DNA from: Mobula hypostoma
Taxonomy: Eukaryota
DNA length: 64,000 nt
NCBI RefSeq assembly: GCF_963921235.1
Contig: NC_086097.1
Location: forward strand, 191,520,001 to 191,584,000
Reading direction: 5' to 3'
The position numbers and the translations under genes were made by a program. Shown here piece by piece: positions 12,089 to 24,309 of the stretch (position 1 is the first letter of the stretch; each line of letters starts with the position of its first letter). The notes beneath the pieces were generated by a model. That model did not search any database and had not been told where the DNA came from. It was given only the letters and a program-made list of their open reading frames with translations.

Positions 12089-13526
12089 AAATAACCAATA
12101 GTAAAAATTATCTTGTACTATAAGCTACTTCGTGAAAAAATTCCACCTTGAAATTTTGAAGTAGGACAGAAAATAATATTGCTCTGAATAAGGAGACTGT
12201 CCCGAATTTCTTGGTTGATAAGATATTGAAGATGCACAATGAACTTACTGATCTATTGTTAATTGTGGCTAGGAATGGAACTGGATTTATGATTTCTGCT
12301 GTTAGTCATTCCGGCTGTATTTGCACTGCCAGTGCTACAATGACTGTTGGAGTGACTAATCAACATCTCCCACAATATTGTCACGTTTCATTTTCGTTAC
12401 TTATGAGACTGTCTCAATTTGCCATTTGCAACATTACTTTGTTTTGTAGCACCTGAAAATACATTTATGTTGTGTTCTTTTTACTAGCTTTACTGTTGTT
12501 CTATTCATTTTTTTTATCTGGGCTGATTTTGTGCCATTGAATAGACAGCTATTTGAGTTAAACTGCTTTGTTGTAAGGGTGAAGAGTTAATAAAGCAAAG
12601 TGGCATCACAATGAAAGAGAAGAACCGCCTTAGAGGTGATATCTTGCCAACTTGTCTTTGATAAGAAGGCAGTAGAATTTTTCTACATGACAACTTAAAG
12701 CAATTCTTCTCTAATGTTGGTGAACATAATTGTACATCAAGCAAAATGACCTGAAATATTAATAAACCTGTCATTATCTTGTCAGGACATAATACTTCAG
12801 ATTCAATTCAAATTGTACCTGACAATATTTTTATTAAAAAGAAAAGTAGTTCTTCTATCCAAAGCATTTATTTTTCTGATGTGCACTGTATTCATATTCG
12901 TTTGCTGCTGCTTCTATCACACTATCAAATTTTAAACCAAATTGGCAAAGTAACTAGTTTCAAGGGCTTTCAATAAGTGCATTCTTCCTGACTCAATGAA
13001 GGTCTGAATTAGTTTTGTTCAAAGCAGTTTTGTCTAAATACTTTAGAATGCTGTTTGCAATTTTGCTTTTGAACTATATACAGTGCCAATAAAAAGTATT
13101 CACACCCCCGCCCCCGAAAGTTTTCATGTTTTATTGTTTTGCAACGCTGAATCACAATGGATTTAATTCGGCTTTTTTGACACTGATCAGCAGAAAGATA
13201 CTTTTTTTGTCAAAGTGAAAACAAATCTTTACAAAGTAATCTAAATGAATTACAAACATAAAACACAGAATAAATGATTGCATTGTTATTCATCCCCCTC
13301 AAGTCAGTATTCAGTAGTTGCACTTTTGGTAGCAATTACAGCCTTGAGTCTGTGTGGATAGGTCTCTTATCAGCTTTGCAGGTCTAGACACTGCAATTTC
13401 TCCCCATGCGTCTTTACAAAACTGCTCAAGCTCTGTCAGATTGCATGCGGATCATGAGAGTACAGACTTTCAAGTCCAGCCACACATTCTCAATTGGATT
13501 GAGGTCTGGACTCTGACTTGGCCACT

Positions 13527-13832
13527 CTAGGACTTCAACTTTGTTGTTTTTAAGCTATTCCTGTGTAGCTTTGGGTTTATTCTTGAGGTCACTGTCTTGC
13601 CTGAAAAACAATCTTCCAAGACACAGTTCTGCATCAGGCTTTCTTCCAGGATTTCCCCGTATTTTGCAGCATTTATTTTACCCTCTACCTTCACAAGTCT
13701 TCTAGGGCCTACTGTAGTGAAGCATCCCCATAGTATGATGCAGCCACAACCATGCTTCATGGTACAGTTGGTGTTTTTGATGATATGCAGTGTTTGGCTT
13801 ACGCCAAACATAGCATTTAGTCCGATAGCCAA
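13527..13832 (-). pseudogene. Tc1 transposase catalytic-domain fragment
   Basis: TMKHGCGCIILWGCF...LVKVEGKINAAKYGEILEE matches the Tc1 KHGGGS-WGCF motif. Confidence 0.85.
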
Positions 13833-14010
13833 TAAAGCTCAATTTTGGTTTTGTCAGACCATAGAACCTTCTTCCAGCTGACTTCAGAGTCTCCTACATG
13901 ACTTCTGCCAAATTCTATCTAATATTTATAACCATATAACCATATAACAATTACAGCACGGAAACAGGCCATTTCGGCCCTTCTAGTCCGTGCCGAACTC
14001 TTACTCTCAC

Positions 14011-15936
14011 CTAGTCCCACGGAATTGCACTCACTCGATAACCCTCCATTCCATTCCTGTCCATATTGCTAACCAATTTAACATTAAATGACAACATCGA
14101 ACCTGCCTCAACCACTTCTGCTGGAAGCTCGTTCCACACAGCTACCACTCTCTGAGTAAAAAAGTTCCCCCTCATGTTACCCCTAAACTTTTGCCCTTTA
14201 ACTCTCAACTCATGTCTTTTTGTTTGAATCTCCCCCACTCTCAATGGAAAAAGCCTATCCACGTCAACTCTATCTATCCCCCTCATAATTTTAAATACCT
14301 CTATCAAGTCCCCCCTCAACCTTCTACGTTCCAAAGAATAAAGACCCAACTTGTTCAACCTTTCTCTGTAACTTAGGTGATGAAACTCAGGTAACATTCT
14401 AGTAAATCTTTTCTGTACTCTCTCTATTTTGTTGACATCTTTCTTATAATTCGGTGACCAAAACTGTACACAGTACTCCAAATTTTGCCTCACCAATGCC
14501 TTGTACAATATCAACATTACATCCCAACTACTATACTCAATGCTCTGATTTATAAAGGCCAGCATACCAAAAGCTTCCTTCACTACCCAATCCACATGAG
14601 ATTCCACCTTCAGGGAACTATGCACCATTATTCCTAGATCCCTCTGTTCTACTGCATTCTTCAATGCCCTACCATTTACCATGTATGTCCTATTTTGATT
14701 AGTCCTACCAAAATGTAACACCTCACATCTATCACCATTAAACTCCATCTGCCATCTTTCAGCCCACTCTTCTAACTGGCCTAAAACTCTCTGCAAGCTT
14801 TGAAAACCTACTTCATTATCCACAACTCCACCTATCTTAGTATCAGTTGCATACTTACTCATCCAATTTACCACCCCATCATCTAGATCATTAATGTATA
14901 TGACAAATAACATTAGACCCTGTACAAATCCCTGAGGCACACCACTAGTCACTGACCTCCAATCTGACAAACAGTTATCCACCACCACTCTCTGGTGTCT
15001 CCCATCCAGCCACTGCTGAATCCATTTTACTACTTCAATATTAATACCTAATGATTGAATCTTCCTAACCAACCTTCCGTGTGGGACCTTGTCAAAGGCC
15101 TTACTGAAGTCCATATAGACAATATCCACCTCTTTACCCATGTCAACTTTCCAAGTAACCTCTTCAAAAAATTCAATAAGATTTGTCAAACATGACCTTC
15201 CACACACAAATCCATGTTGACTGTTCGTAATCAGACCCTGTCTATCCAGATAATTATATATACCATTCCTAAGAATACTTTCCATCAACTTACCCACCAC
15301 TGACGTCAAACTCACAGGCCGATAATTGCTAGGTTTACTCTTAGAACCCTTTTTAAACAATGGAACAACATGAGCAATATGCCAATCCTCCAGCACCATG
15401 CCCATTTCTAATACACATTTGAATATTTCTGTCAGAGCCCCTGCTATTTCCACACTAACTTCCCTCAAGGTCCTTGGGAATATCCTGTCAGGACCCGGAG
15501 ACTTATCCAGTTTTATATTCCTTAAAAGCTCCAGTACTTCCTCTTCTTTAATCATCATAGTTTCCATATCTTCCCTACCTGTTTCTCTTATCTTACCCAA
15601 TTCAATATCCTTCTCCTTAGTGAATACCAAAGAAAAGAAATTGTTCAGAATCTCACCCATCTCTTTTGGCTCCACACATAGCTGTCCACTCTGATTCTCT
15701 AAGGGACCAATTTTATCCCTCACTATCCTTTTGCTATTAATATATCGGTAGAAACTCTTGGGATTTATTTTCACCTTACTTGCCTCATATCTTCTTTTAG
15801 CTTTTCTAATTTCTTTCTTAAGATTCTTTTTACATTCTTCATATTCCTCGAGCACCTCATTTACTCCATGCTGCCTATAATATTGTAGATATCTCTCTTT
15901 TTCCGAACCAAGTTTCCAATATCCCTTGAAAACCAT
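14011..15936 (-). pseudogene. CR1 ORF2 reverse transcriptase region (disabled)
   Basis: KSPGPD, NYRPVSLTS, DFSKAFD and GVPQG motifs. The catalytic YADD reads YATD, and the ORF is disconnected from the endonuclease part. Confidence 0.92.
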
Positions 15937-16084
15937 GGCTCTCTCAAAATTTTAACCTTTCCTTTCATCCTAACAGGAACAGAAAGATTCTGTACTCTCA
16001 AAATTTCACCTTAAATGACCTCCATTTCTCTATTACATTCTTCCCATAAAAGAAATTGTCCTAATCCACTCCAGCTAAATCATT

Positions 16085-16534
16085 TCACATCTCCTCAAAG
16101 TTAGCCTTTTTCCAATCAAAAATCTCAACCCTGGGTCCAGACCTATCTTTCTCTATAATTATATTGATAATATTAGCATTCTGATCACTGGACCTAAAGT
16201 GCTCCCCAACACAAACCTCCGTCACCTGACCTATCTCATTCCCTAACAGGAGATCCAACACTGCCCCTTCTCTAGTTGGTACCTCTATGTATTGCTGCAG
16301 AAAACTATCCTGCACACATTTTACAAACTCCAAACCATCCAGCCCTATTACAGTATGGGCTTCCCAGTCTATGTGTGGAAAATTAAAATCTCCCACAATC
16401 ACAACGTTGTGCTTACTGCAAATATCTGTTATCCCCTTACAAATTTGCTCCTCCAATTCTCGCTCCCCATTTGGTGGTCTATAATGCACCCCATAAGAGA
16501 TACTGCACCTTTCCCATTCCTCAATTCCACCCAA
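16085..16534 (-). pseudogene. CR1 ORF2 apurinic-like endonuclease fragment
   Basis: YRPP, GDFN, PTR...LDL and SD motifs. Confidence 0.9.
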
Positions 16535-17048
16535 ACAGCTTCCCTGGACAAGCCCTCTAATCTATCCTGCCAGAGCACCGCTGTAATATTTTCTCTGACA
16601 AGCGCAATGCAACACCTCCCCCTCTAGTTCCTCCCATTCTATCACACCTGAAGCAATTAAATGCATGAATATTTAGTTGCCAATCACACACCTCCTGTAA
16701 CCATGTTTCACTAATAGCTACCACATCATACTTCCAAGTATCAATCCATGCTTTAAACTCCTACACCTTTCTTATAATGCTCCTAGCATTAAAATAAATG
16801 CATTTAAGAAGTTTTCCACCTCTTTCTCTCTGTTTATCACTAACGGTGCAAACAACTTTACTATTTTCTTTTTCTTCCTTCTTCCCTTCATCTGTTCCTA
16901 CACTCTGGTTCCCCTCCCCCCTCCTATCTAGTATAAATCCACCGGAACCTCTCTAGCAAATCTACCTACAAGAATATTTGTCCTCCTCCAGTTGAGATGT
17001 AGACCGTCCCACTGGAACAGGTCCCACCTTCCCTGGAAAACTGCCCAA

Positions 17049-17856
17049 TTATCTATAAATCTGAAGCCCTCCCTCCTGCCATGTGTCAATCTGAGCTATC
17101 TTACTATTTCTAAACCCGCCTGCACGTGGCACTGGTAGCAATCCTGAGATTGCTATCCTGGAGGTCCTGTCCTTTAATTTGGCTCCTAACTCCCTAAACT
17201 CTCCTTTCAGGACCTCCTTACTCTTCCTACCCACGTCAATGGTCCCTACATGGACCACGACATCTGGCTGCTCACCCTCCCTCTTGAGAAGACCAAGAAC
17301 TTGATCCGAGATATCGCGGACTTGGGCACCAGGGAGGCAACAGACCATCCAAGATTCTCGATCTCTTCCACAGAACCTCTTATCTGTTCCCCTAACTATC
17401 GAAGCCCCTATCATTACTGCTCTCCTCTTTTCCCTCCTTCCCTTCTGAGTTGAGGGTCCCATCTCGGTGCCAGAGACGTAACCACTGCAACTTGTCCCTG
17501 GTAGGGTTGTCCCCATCAACAGTATCCAAAACAATGTACTTATTATTGGTGGGAACAGCCACAGGGATGCTGTGCTCATTCTGTCTATTCCCCTCCCCTC
17601 TCCTGACAGTCACCCAGCTACCTGTGTCCTGACCCTTAGGGGTGACTATCTCCCTGTAACTCCTCTCTATTTCTGCTTCTGCCTCCCGAATGATCCGAAG
17701 TTCATCCAGCTCCTGCTCTAGTTCCTTAACTCGGTTTCTCAGGAGCTGCAGCTGGATGCACCTTTCGCAGGTGTAGTTATCAGGGACAAATCTGCTCGCC
17801 CTGACTTCCCACATCCTGCAAACAGAGCAGTGAACTACCCTAACTGCTGCCTCCAT
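17049..17856 (-). pseudogene. CR1 ORF1 (zinc finger, coiled coil, SGNH esterase-like domain), frameshifted
   Basis: CSVC...CERC zinc finger, a leucine heptad stretch, then IGASIVRG / CLPGA / VHVGTID, which are degenerate GDS, PGA and GTND blocks. Confidence 0.88.
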
Positions 17857-18262
17857 TACCTACTCCTAAGGTAATTAGATTTATTAAAGGAACTTATCCG
17901 GCCTTACCTCACTTGGAGTGAAGTTCTTCCTTAGCCTCTGCTAGCCAAAGCCACAGGAGCCAAACCCTTCCTACTCTGTCTCTCGCTACTCTGTCGCCCG
18001 CTCTGTTAATCCGCTTTCTTTTAAATACTCCTGCTGCCTCATGGTCCGACGCGCTTGCGCAGTTGTGCCCCGTTGAACTGCCGAAGAAAATTTCATATGA
18101 GTTTTTTTCAACAGTGACTTTTTCTTTGCCATTCTCCCATAAAACTGTGACTGTTGAAGATCCCAGGCAACATTTTTTTTATATATGCAGTCTCTCCCAT
18201 CTCAGCAACTGAAGCTTGGAACTCCTCCAGGTTTGTCATAAGTCTCTTGATGACCTCCCTCA

Positions 18263-18484
18263 TTAATCCCCTTCTTGCACAGTCACTCTAGGCAGATTTA
18301 TGGCTGTGTTATATTCTTTCCATTTCTTGATGATTGACTTAACTGTACTCCAAGGGATATTTAGTGACTTGGAAATTTTCTTGTATCCATCTCCTGACTT
18401 GTGCTTTTCAATAACCTTTTGGTGGAGTTGCTTGGAATGCTCTTTTGTCATCTTGGTGTAGGTTTTGCCAGGAAACTGACTCAC
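18263..18484 (-). pseudogene. Tc1 transposase N-terminal paired-like HTH fragment
   Basis: TKEHSKQLHQKVIEKHKSGDGYKKISKSLNIPWSTVKSIIKKWK. Confidence 0.9.
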
Positions 18485-18954
18485 CAGCAGTTGGCCTTTC
18501 CAGATACAGGTGTATTTTTGCTACAATCAGTTGAAACACCTGACTGCACACAGGTGATTTCCATTTAACTAATCAGGTGACTTCTAAAACCAATTGACTG
18601 TACCAGTGATGATTTGGGGTGTCATAAAAAAGGGAGTGAATACTTACGCAATCAATTATTTTGCATTTTATATTTGTAATTAATTTAGATCACTTTGTAG
18701 AAATCTGTTTTCACCTTAACACGAAAGAGTCTTTTTCTGTTGATCGGTGTAATAAAAAGCCAAATTAAATCCACTATGATTTAACGTTGTACAGCAGTAA
18801 AACATGAAAACTTCCAGGGTGGTGAATAATTTTTATAGGTACTGTATGTTTAAATCCCTCTTTGCAGGACACAACTGCCTAGAAGATTTATTCTAGTTCA
18901 ATGCCCTGAAATTTGTCACACAGTAGTAGCAGAACAAAGGATTAATTGTTAGGC

Positions 18955-19149
18955 TGTAGCGATGTGCTACACACAGCGCTAGAATAACCACACGGAGTCG
19001 GTGAGTTGGAGTTGCGATGAAAGAGGTTTATTCAAACTTCGGGGCCCGCTTTAAAGCCTTCCCGTTCCCGCCCTTTTTGCTGCCGGCCCTCTGCCTGCGC
19101 GCGCTGTTTCGTGAGCCGGTTCGTGGGTGTCAGAAAGTGGGTCGCCACA
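18955..19149 (-). repeat. 3' LTR
   Basis: Direct repeat of 22965-23159 with 2 mismatches. Confidence 0.97.
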
Positions 19150-19170
19150 TAACCGCCCCCCCCCCCCCAG
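19150..19170 (-). other. Polypurine tract
   Basis: G-run on the minus strand immediately upstream of the 3' LTR. Confidence 0.8.
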
Positions 19171-19502
19171 AACCGGCGATACCTCCCACAATGTCCACAG
19201 TCTGGATCGGCCTCTGTTTGGGAGGTCTGCCCCTGCGCCACGGTGCCTGAGCCTGGACCGGTTGCGCCAAGTCCACATGGGCTGGTTTGAGTCGGTCCAC
19301 CGTGAAAACCTCCTCTCTCCCCCCAATGTCCAGCACGAACGTGGACCCGTTGTTGCTGATCACCTTAAACGGCCCCTCGTAGGGCCGCTGTAGCGGTGCC
19401 CGGTGTCCGCCCTGTCGTACAAAAAGAAACTTACAGTTCTGCAGGTCTTTGGGTACGCAGGTCGGGCTCTGTCCGTGCTGTGAAGTGGGTATGGGGGCCA
19501 GG

Positions 19503-20675
19503 TTACTGAGCCTCTCCCGTAGTCTGTCCAGGACTGCTGTGGGTTCTTCCTCTTGCCCCCTTGGGGCTGGTATGAACTCTCCTGGGACGACCAGGGGCGG
19601 GCGCGCCGTACACCAACTCGGCCGACGAGGTGTGTACATCCTTTTTGGGCGCCGTGTGGATTCCGAGCAGGACCCAGGGAAGTTCGTCCACCCAGTTAGG
19701 CCCCTCCAGGCGGGCCATGAGAGCCGATTTCAGGTGACGGTGGAAGTGCTCCACTAGTCCGTTTGACTGTGGGTGGTAGGCAGTTGTGTGGTGTAGCTGT
19801 GTTCCTAAAAGTCTGGCCATAGCCGACCACAGGCTGGAGGTGAACTGGGCGCCCCTGTCGGAGGTAATGTGGGCCGGTACCCCAAAGCGTGCTACCCAGG
19901 TTACGATCAGTGCTCGGGCGCAGGATTTGGAGGTGGTGCCGATGAGCGGGACTGCCTCTGGCCATCTGGTGAACCGGTCTATCATAGTTAGGGGGTACTG
20001 CGCTCCTCGTGACACTGGCCGGGGCCCCACGATATCCACATGGATGTGGTCGAACCTCCGGCGGGTGGGTTCGAACCGCTGCGGTGGAGCCTTGGTGTGC
20101 CGCTGCACCTTGGCCGTTTGGCACTGCATACACGTTTTGGCCCATTCACTGACCTGTTTACGAAGTCCATGCCACACGAACCTGTTGGAGACCAGCTGGA
20201 CAGTTGTCCTGATGGAGGGGTGCGCTAAGTTGTGAATGGATTCGAACACCCGCCAGCGCCAGGCTGCTGGGACGACGGGGTGGGGTTGGCCAGTAGCTAC
20301 ATCACATAGTAGGGTCCTCTCACCTGGGCCTACGGGGAGGTCTTGGAGCTGCAAACCGGAGACTGCAGTCCTGTAACTGGGGATCTCAGCGTCTGCCTGC
20401 TGTGCCTCTGCCAGCGCTGCATAGTCCACCCCCTGGGACAGGGCCTGTATGGTAGGTCTGGAAAGTGCGTCTGCCACGACATTGTTCTTTCCAGAGACAT
20501 GCCGGATGTCCATCGTGTACTCGGAGATGTAGGACAGATGTCGCTGCTGGCAGGACGACCAGAGGTCGGACACCTTAGTGAACGCAAAGGTAAGCGGTTT
20601 GTGGTCTGTGAACGCGGTGAAGGGCCTACCTTCTAAGAAATACCTGAAATGCCGGATTGCCAGGTATAGTGCCAA
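19503..20675 (-). pseudogene. Gypsy pol: RNase H end and integrase
   Basis: TDHKPL, NVVADALSR, HHCC (HNLAH...CMQC), DDE (VDIVG, SDRG, LVE). The GPF module continues in the 19130..19639 frame. Confidence 0.93.
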
Positions 20676-21337
20676 TAGCTCCCGGTCGAAAGCACTGTAT
20701 TTGAGTTCGGGTGGTCGTAGGTGTTGCTGAAGAACGCCAGGGGTTGCCAGCGACCCTCGATGAGTTGTTCCAGCACTCCACCGACTGCTGTGTTGGATGT
20801 GTCCACCGTGAGGGCAGTAGGAACGTCCGTTCTGGGGTGCACTAACATAGCGGCGTTTGCCAAGGCTTCTTTGGTTTTAACGAAAGTGGTTGCGGCCTCT
20901 TCGTTCCAGGTAATGTCCTTGCCCTTACCCGACATTAGAGTGAACAAGGGGCGCATGGTTCGGGCTGCTGAGGGGAGGAAACGATGGTAGAAATTCACCA
21001 TACCCACGAATTCCTGCAAGCCTTTGATTGTGTTGGGTCGGAGGAAGTGGCGGACCGCGTCTACCTTGGCGGGCAGCGGGGTTGCCCCGTCTTTAGTAAT
21101 CCTGTGGCCCAGGAAGTCGATGGTGTCGAGTCCGAACTGGCATTTGGCTGGATTGATTGTAAGGCCGAATTCACTCAGGCGGGAGTAGAGCTGGCGGAGG
21201 TGGGACAGATGCTTCTGCCGACTACTGCTGGCTATGAGGATGTCGTCCAAATAGATGAATGCAAAGTCCAGGTCGCGTCCCACTGCGTCCATTAGCCGCT
21301 GGAAAGTCTGTGCGGCGTTCTTTAGACCAAACGGCAT
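20633..21337 (-). pseudogene. Gypsy pol: reverse transcriptase and RNase H start
   Basis: MPFGLKNA, YLDDILI, KCQF, FLGH. Confidence 0.95.
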
Positions 21338-22924
21338 TCAGAGGAATTCGAAAAGTCCGAACGGGGTGATAAGTGCTGTTTTGGGGATGTCGTCCGGATG
21401 TACAGGGATTTGATGGTATCCCCGGACGAGGTCTACCTTGGAAAAGATCCTTGCGCCGTGTAGGTTTGCTGCGAAGTCTTGAATGTGTGGCACAGGGTAG
21501 CGGTCTGGCGTTGTAGCCTCGTTCAGTCTGCGGTAGTCACCGCATCGTCTCCAGCCCCCCGTTGCCTTGGGCACCATGTGAAGGGGGGAGGCCCATGGGC
21601 TGTCGGACCGTCGTATGATCCCTAATTCCTCCATCTTCTTGAACTCCTCCTTCGCCAGTCGGAGCTTGTCCGGGGGAAGCCTTCGAGCACGGGCGTGGAG
21701 GGGTGGTCCCTGGGTTGGAATGTGGTGCAGTACTCTGTGCCTGGGCATGGCTGCGGTGAACTGCGGTGTCAGTACTGATGGGAAATCCGCCAGGACCCTG
21801 GTGAATTCATCGTTGGACAGCGTGATGGAGTCCAGGTGTGGGGCTGGCAACTTCGCTTCACCCAAGGAGAACATTTGAAAAGTCTTGGCGTGGACTAATC
21901 GCTTCCCTTGCAAGTCGACCAGCAGGCTGTGGGCTCGTAGAAAATCTGCCCCCAGCAGTGGTTGGGCCACGGCGGCCAGTATGAAGTCCCACGTGAACTG
22001 GCTGGAGCTGAACTGTAGCCGCACCGTGCGGGTGCCGTAGGTTCGTATTGTGCTGCCATTAGCGGCCCTCAGGGTGGGTCCCAGTTCTCTGTTGCGGGTG
22101 TCGTAACTCGTTGGAGGTAAGACGCTGATCTCCGCTCCGGTGTCGACCAAAAAGCGGCGTCCCGACTGCTTGTCCCAGACGTACAGGAGGCTGTCCTGAT
22201 GGCCAGCCGCCATAGCGATCGGCAGCGGCTGGGCCTTGGCGTTTCCCGGGAATCTGCAGGGCGGTCTGCAGCGGCGGGCCTCCGTGCCCCACCGCTGGTG
22301 GTAGAAACACCATTGTTCGTTGGGCTCCTCACTCCTGTCGCCGGGTTTTGTAGGCTCTGCTGCCAGGCCTGGTCCGGTCTGTCGTTGGGCACGCGGCTTG
22401 GTGATCTGTGCGACGGATGCCCCTCTCTCTTTCCTGGCATTCCACAGCACATCTGCTCGGGCCGCCACCTCCCGGGGTTTGCTGAAATCTGCGTCGGACA
22501 GCAGCAGGCATATGTCCTCGGGCAGTTGCTCTAGGAACGCCTGCTCAAACATGAGGCAGGGTTTGTGTCCTTCAGCCAGGGCCAGCATCTCGTTCATTAA
22601 TGCTGACGGCGGCCTGTCTCCCAAACCATCCAGGTGCATTAAGCGACGTGCTCGTTCGCGCCGTGAGAGTCCGAAAGTCCTTATGAGCAGGGTTTTGAAT
22701 GCTGTGTATTTGCCGTCCTCCGGGGGCGACTGTATAAACTCCTCAACTTGTGCAGCAGTCTCCTGGTCGAGGGAGCTCAGCACGTAGTAGTAGCGAGTGG
22801 ACTCCGAGGTTATCTGCCGAATGTGGAATTGTGCTTCTGCTTGTTCGAACCATAAATGGGGTCGCAGCATCCAGAAGCTTGGCAGTTTTAACGAAACTGC
22901 GTGAACAGATGCAGCATCGGTCAT
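21338..22924 (-). pseudogene. Gypsy gag, protease and RT N-terminus (single frame, ends in a premature TGA)
   Basis: LKLPSFW gag start, C-x2-H-x9-C-x3-C motif, LVDTGA protease, [10 protein letters not shown] and DYRRLN. Confidence 0.93.
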
Positions 22925-22948
22925 CTCTGGTCCAAATATCGTTTGGGC

Positions 22949-22962
22949 CGTCGGGGTCACCA
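22949..22962 (-). promoter_or_regulatory. Primer binding site, tRNA-Trp
   Basis: The minus strand reads TGGTGACCCCGACG 2 nt inside the 5' LTR, complementary to the vertebrate tRNA-Trp 3' end. Confidence 0.88.
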
Positions 22963-22964
22963 AT

Positions 22965-23159
22965 TGTAGCGATGTGCTACACACAGCGCTAGAATAACCA
23001 CACGGAGTCGGTGAGTTGGAGTTGCGATGAAAGAGGTTTATTCAAACTTCGCGGCCCGCTTTAAAGCCTTCCCGTTCCCGCCCTTTTTGCTGCTGGCCCT
23101 CTGCCTGCGCGCGCTGTTTCGTGAGCCGGTTCGTGGGTGTCAGAAAGTGGGTCGCCACA
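22965..23159 (-). repeat. 5' LTR
   Basis: Direct repeat of 18955-19149; AATAAA on the minus strand. Confidence 0.97.
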
Positions 23160-23659
23160 AGGCAACTAATATCCTTCATGAGATTTTTGCAGATCTTTGA
23201 CCAAATTTCCTGTTATACTAATGAATAAATCAGTTAAAATGTACCATTCTGAGAATTAACCCATAGTAGACAGCCACAAATCTTCAAAGAGACTTGAACA
23301 AACAATGCAAAATTGCCATATAGGTTGGGCAATATTATCAAGTTAATGGCAATAGACAAGTACTTCGACTCAACTACTATTTGCTTCCTCTCAACCAAGT
23401 TATGATCCCCAATCTTAGCACATACACTCCATTCATTCAGGTTTTTCATAAAACTATGTAAGCTGGGAATAAATACAGAGAAGGAATATGATGAGAACCA
23501 TTAATTCCTCTTATTCTCCTAATTCTCTTTTCCCCGTGTCCTCCTGGGCTCCTTGATTGCGGCACCTGATTCTCATCTAAACCTGCAGCATAAAAACTCT
23601 GGCTTTGCATCCACTCGTCGCCAGATCGTTGCTTCAGCCAGTGTGGCAATTCACGTTCC

Positions 23660-24215
23660 CAGCCGCTGAGAATGGTGTATTCTAAGTTTTACTTCAGTAC
23701 GGAGGTTTACCTGTGTAACTCTGTCTCACCATGTCAAGATAAGTACTGCCTGCTGTTTGCCCTTCCATTTGCTGCTCCGTGGCAAGATAAGGATTGCCTG
23801 CCATTTGCCCTTCCATTTAATACTCCGTATCAATATAAGTGTTTCCTGTCGCCTGTCTCCTGTTTGCCATTCAGCTCCAGCAACACCGTGTCAAGAAAAA
23901 TATTGTCTGCCGTTTGCCTTTCCATTTAACGCTCCGTGTCAAGATAAGTGTTGCCTGCTGCCTCTCTCCTGTTTGCCGTTCAGCTCCAGCAATGCCGTGT
24001 CAAGAAAAGTTTTGCTTGCCTCCTGCTCTTCCGTTCATCCGCGCTGTTTGCCTGTCTCTCTCTGTCTCTTGACCGCTTAGAATTGTGTATTCTAAGCTTT
24101 GTTTCTGCACTATTTGCCTGTGTTAACCCTGTCTCTCAGCCGCTTAGAATTGTGTATTGTAAGTTTTGTTTCCACGCTGTTGTTTGCCTGTGTTAATTCT
24201 GTCTCTCCGTGTTAA
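23660..24215 (+). repeat. Complex minisatellite (about 48-60-bp units)
   Basis: About 6 copies anchored on ccgtgtcaagataag and 3 copies of ccgcttagaattgtgtattctaag. Confidence 0.85.
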
Positions 24216-24309
24216 CAGGAGCATGGCATGCCACCCGCCGTTCTCCCCCAGCCACACTCATCCCCTTGCCCGCATCCCTGCTCTGCCTCATCCCACCGTC
24301 CATCTAAAT

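Larger units (their letters stand above)
13928..18088 (-). mobile_element. Near full-length CR1 LINE (5' UTR, ORF1, ORF2, 8-bp repeat tail)
   Basis: ORF1 and ORF2 remnants are in order; (TAACCATA)n tail at about 13929-13948; Tc1 sequence resumes at both junctions. Confidence 0.92.
13081..18844 (-). mobile_element. Tc1 DNA transposon (IR/DR type, about 215-bp TIRs), interrupted by a CR1
   Basis: TA|CAGTGCCAATAAAAAGTATTCAC ... GTGAATAATTTTTATAGGTACTG|TA. TIRs at about 13081-13298 and 18630-18844. Transposase pieces lie on both sides of the insertion. Confidence 0.92.
18955..23159 (-). mobile_element. Full-length Ty3/Gypsy LTR retrotransposon, CsRN1/Kabuki-like
   Basis: Two 195-bp TG...CA LTRs, AGGC target duplication (18951-18954, 23160-23163), PBS, PPT and gag-PR-RT-RH-IN order. 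Confidence 0.97.

Noticed and set aside
12514..12774. Possible minus-strand exon after tttcag
   Set aside because: The peptide is unrecognisable and there are no partner exons.
21338..21340. Programmed stop-codon readthrough
   Set aside because: The stop lies inside the RT domain at a conserved Arg position, best explained by CpG deamination.
19017..22992. Numerous antisense and alternate-frame ORFs in the Gypsy element
   Set aside because: These are shadows of a GC-rich coding strand. No env-like or accessory gene is evident.
23660..24215. CRISPR-like repeat-spacer array
   Set aside because: The units are degenerate tandem repeats with homologous intervening sequence. There are no unique spacers and no cas genes, and the context is eukaryotic.
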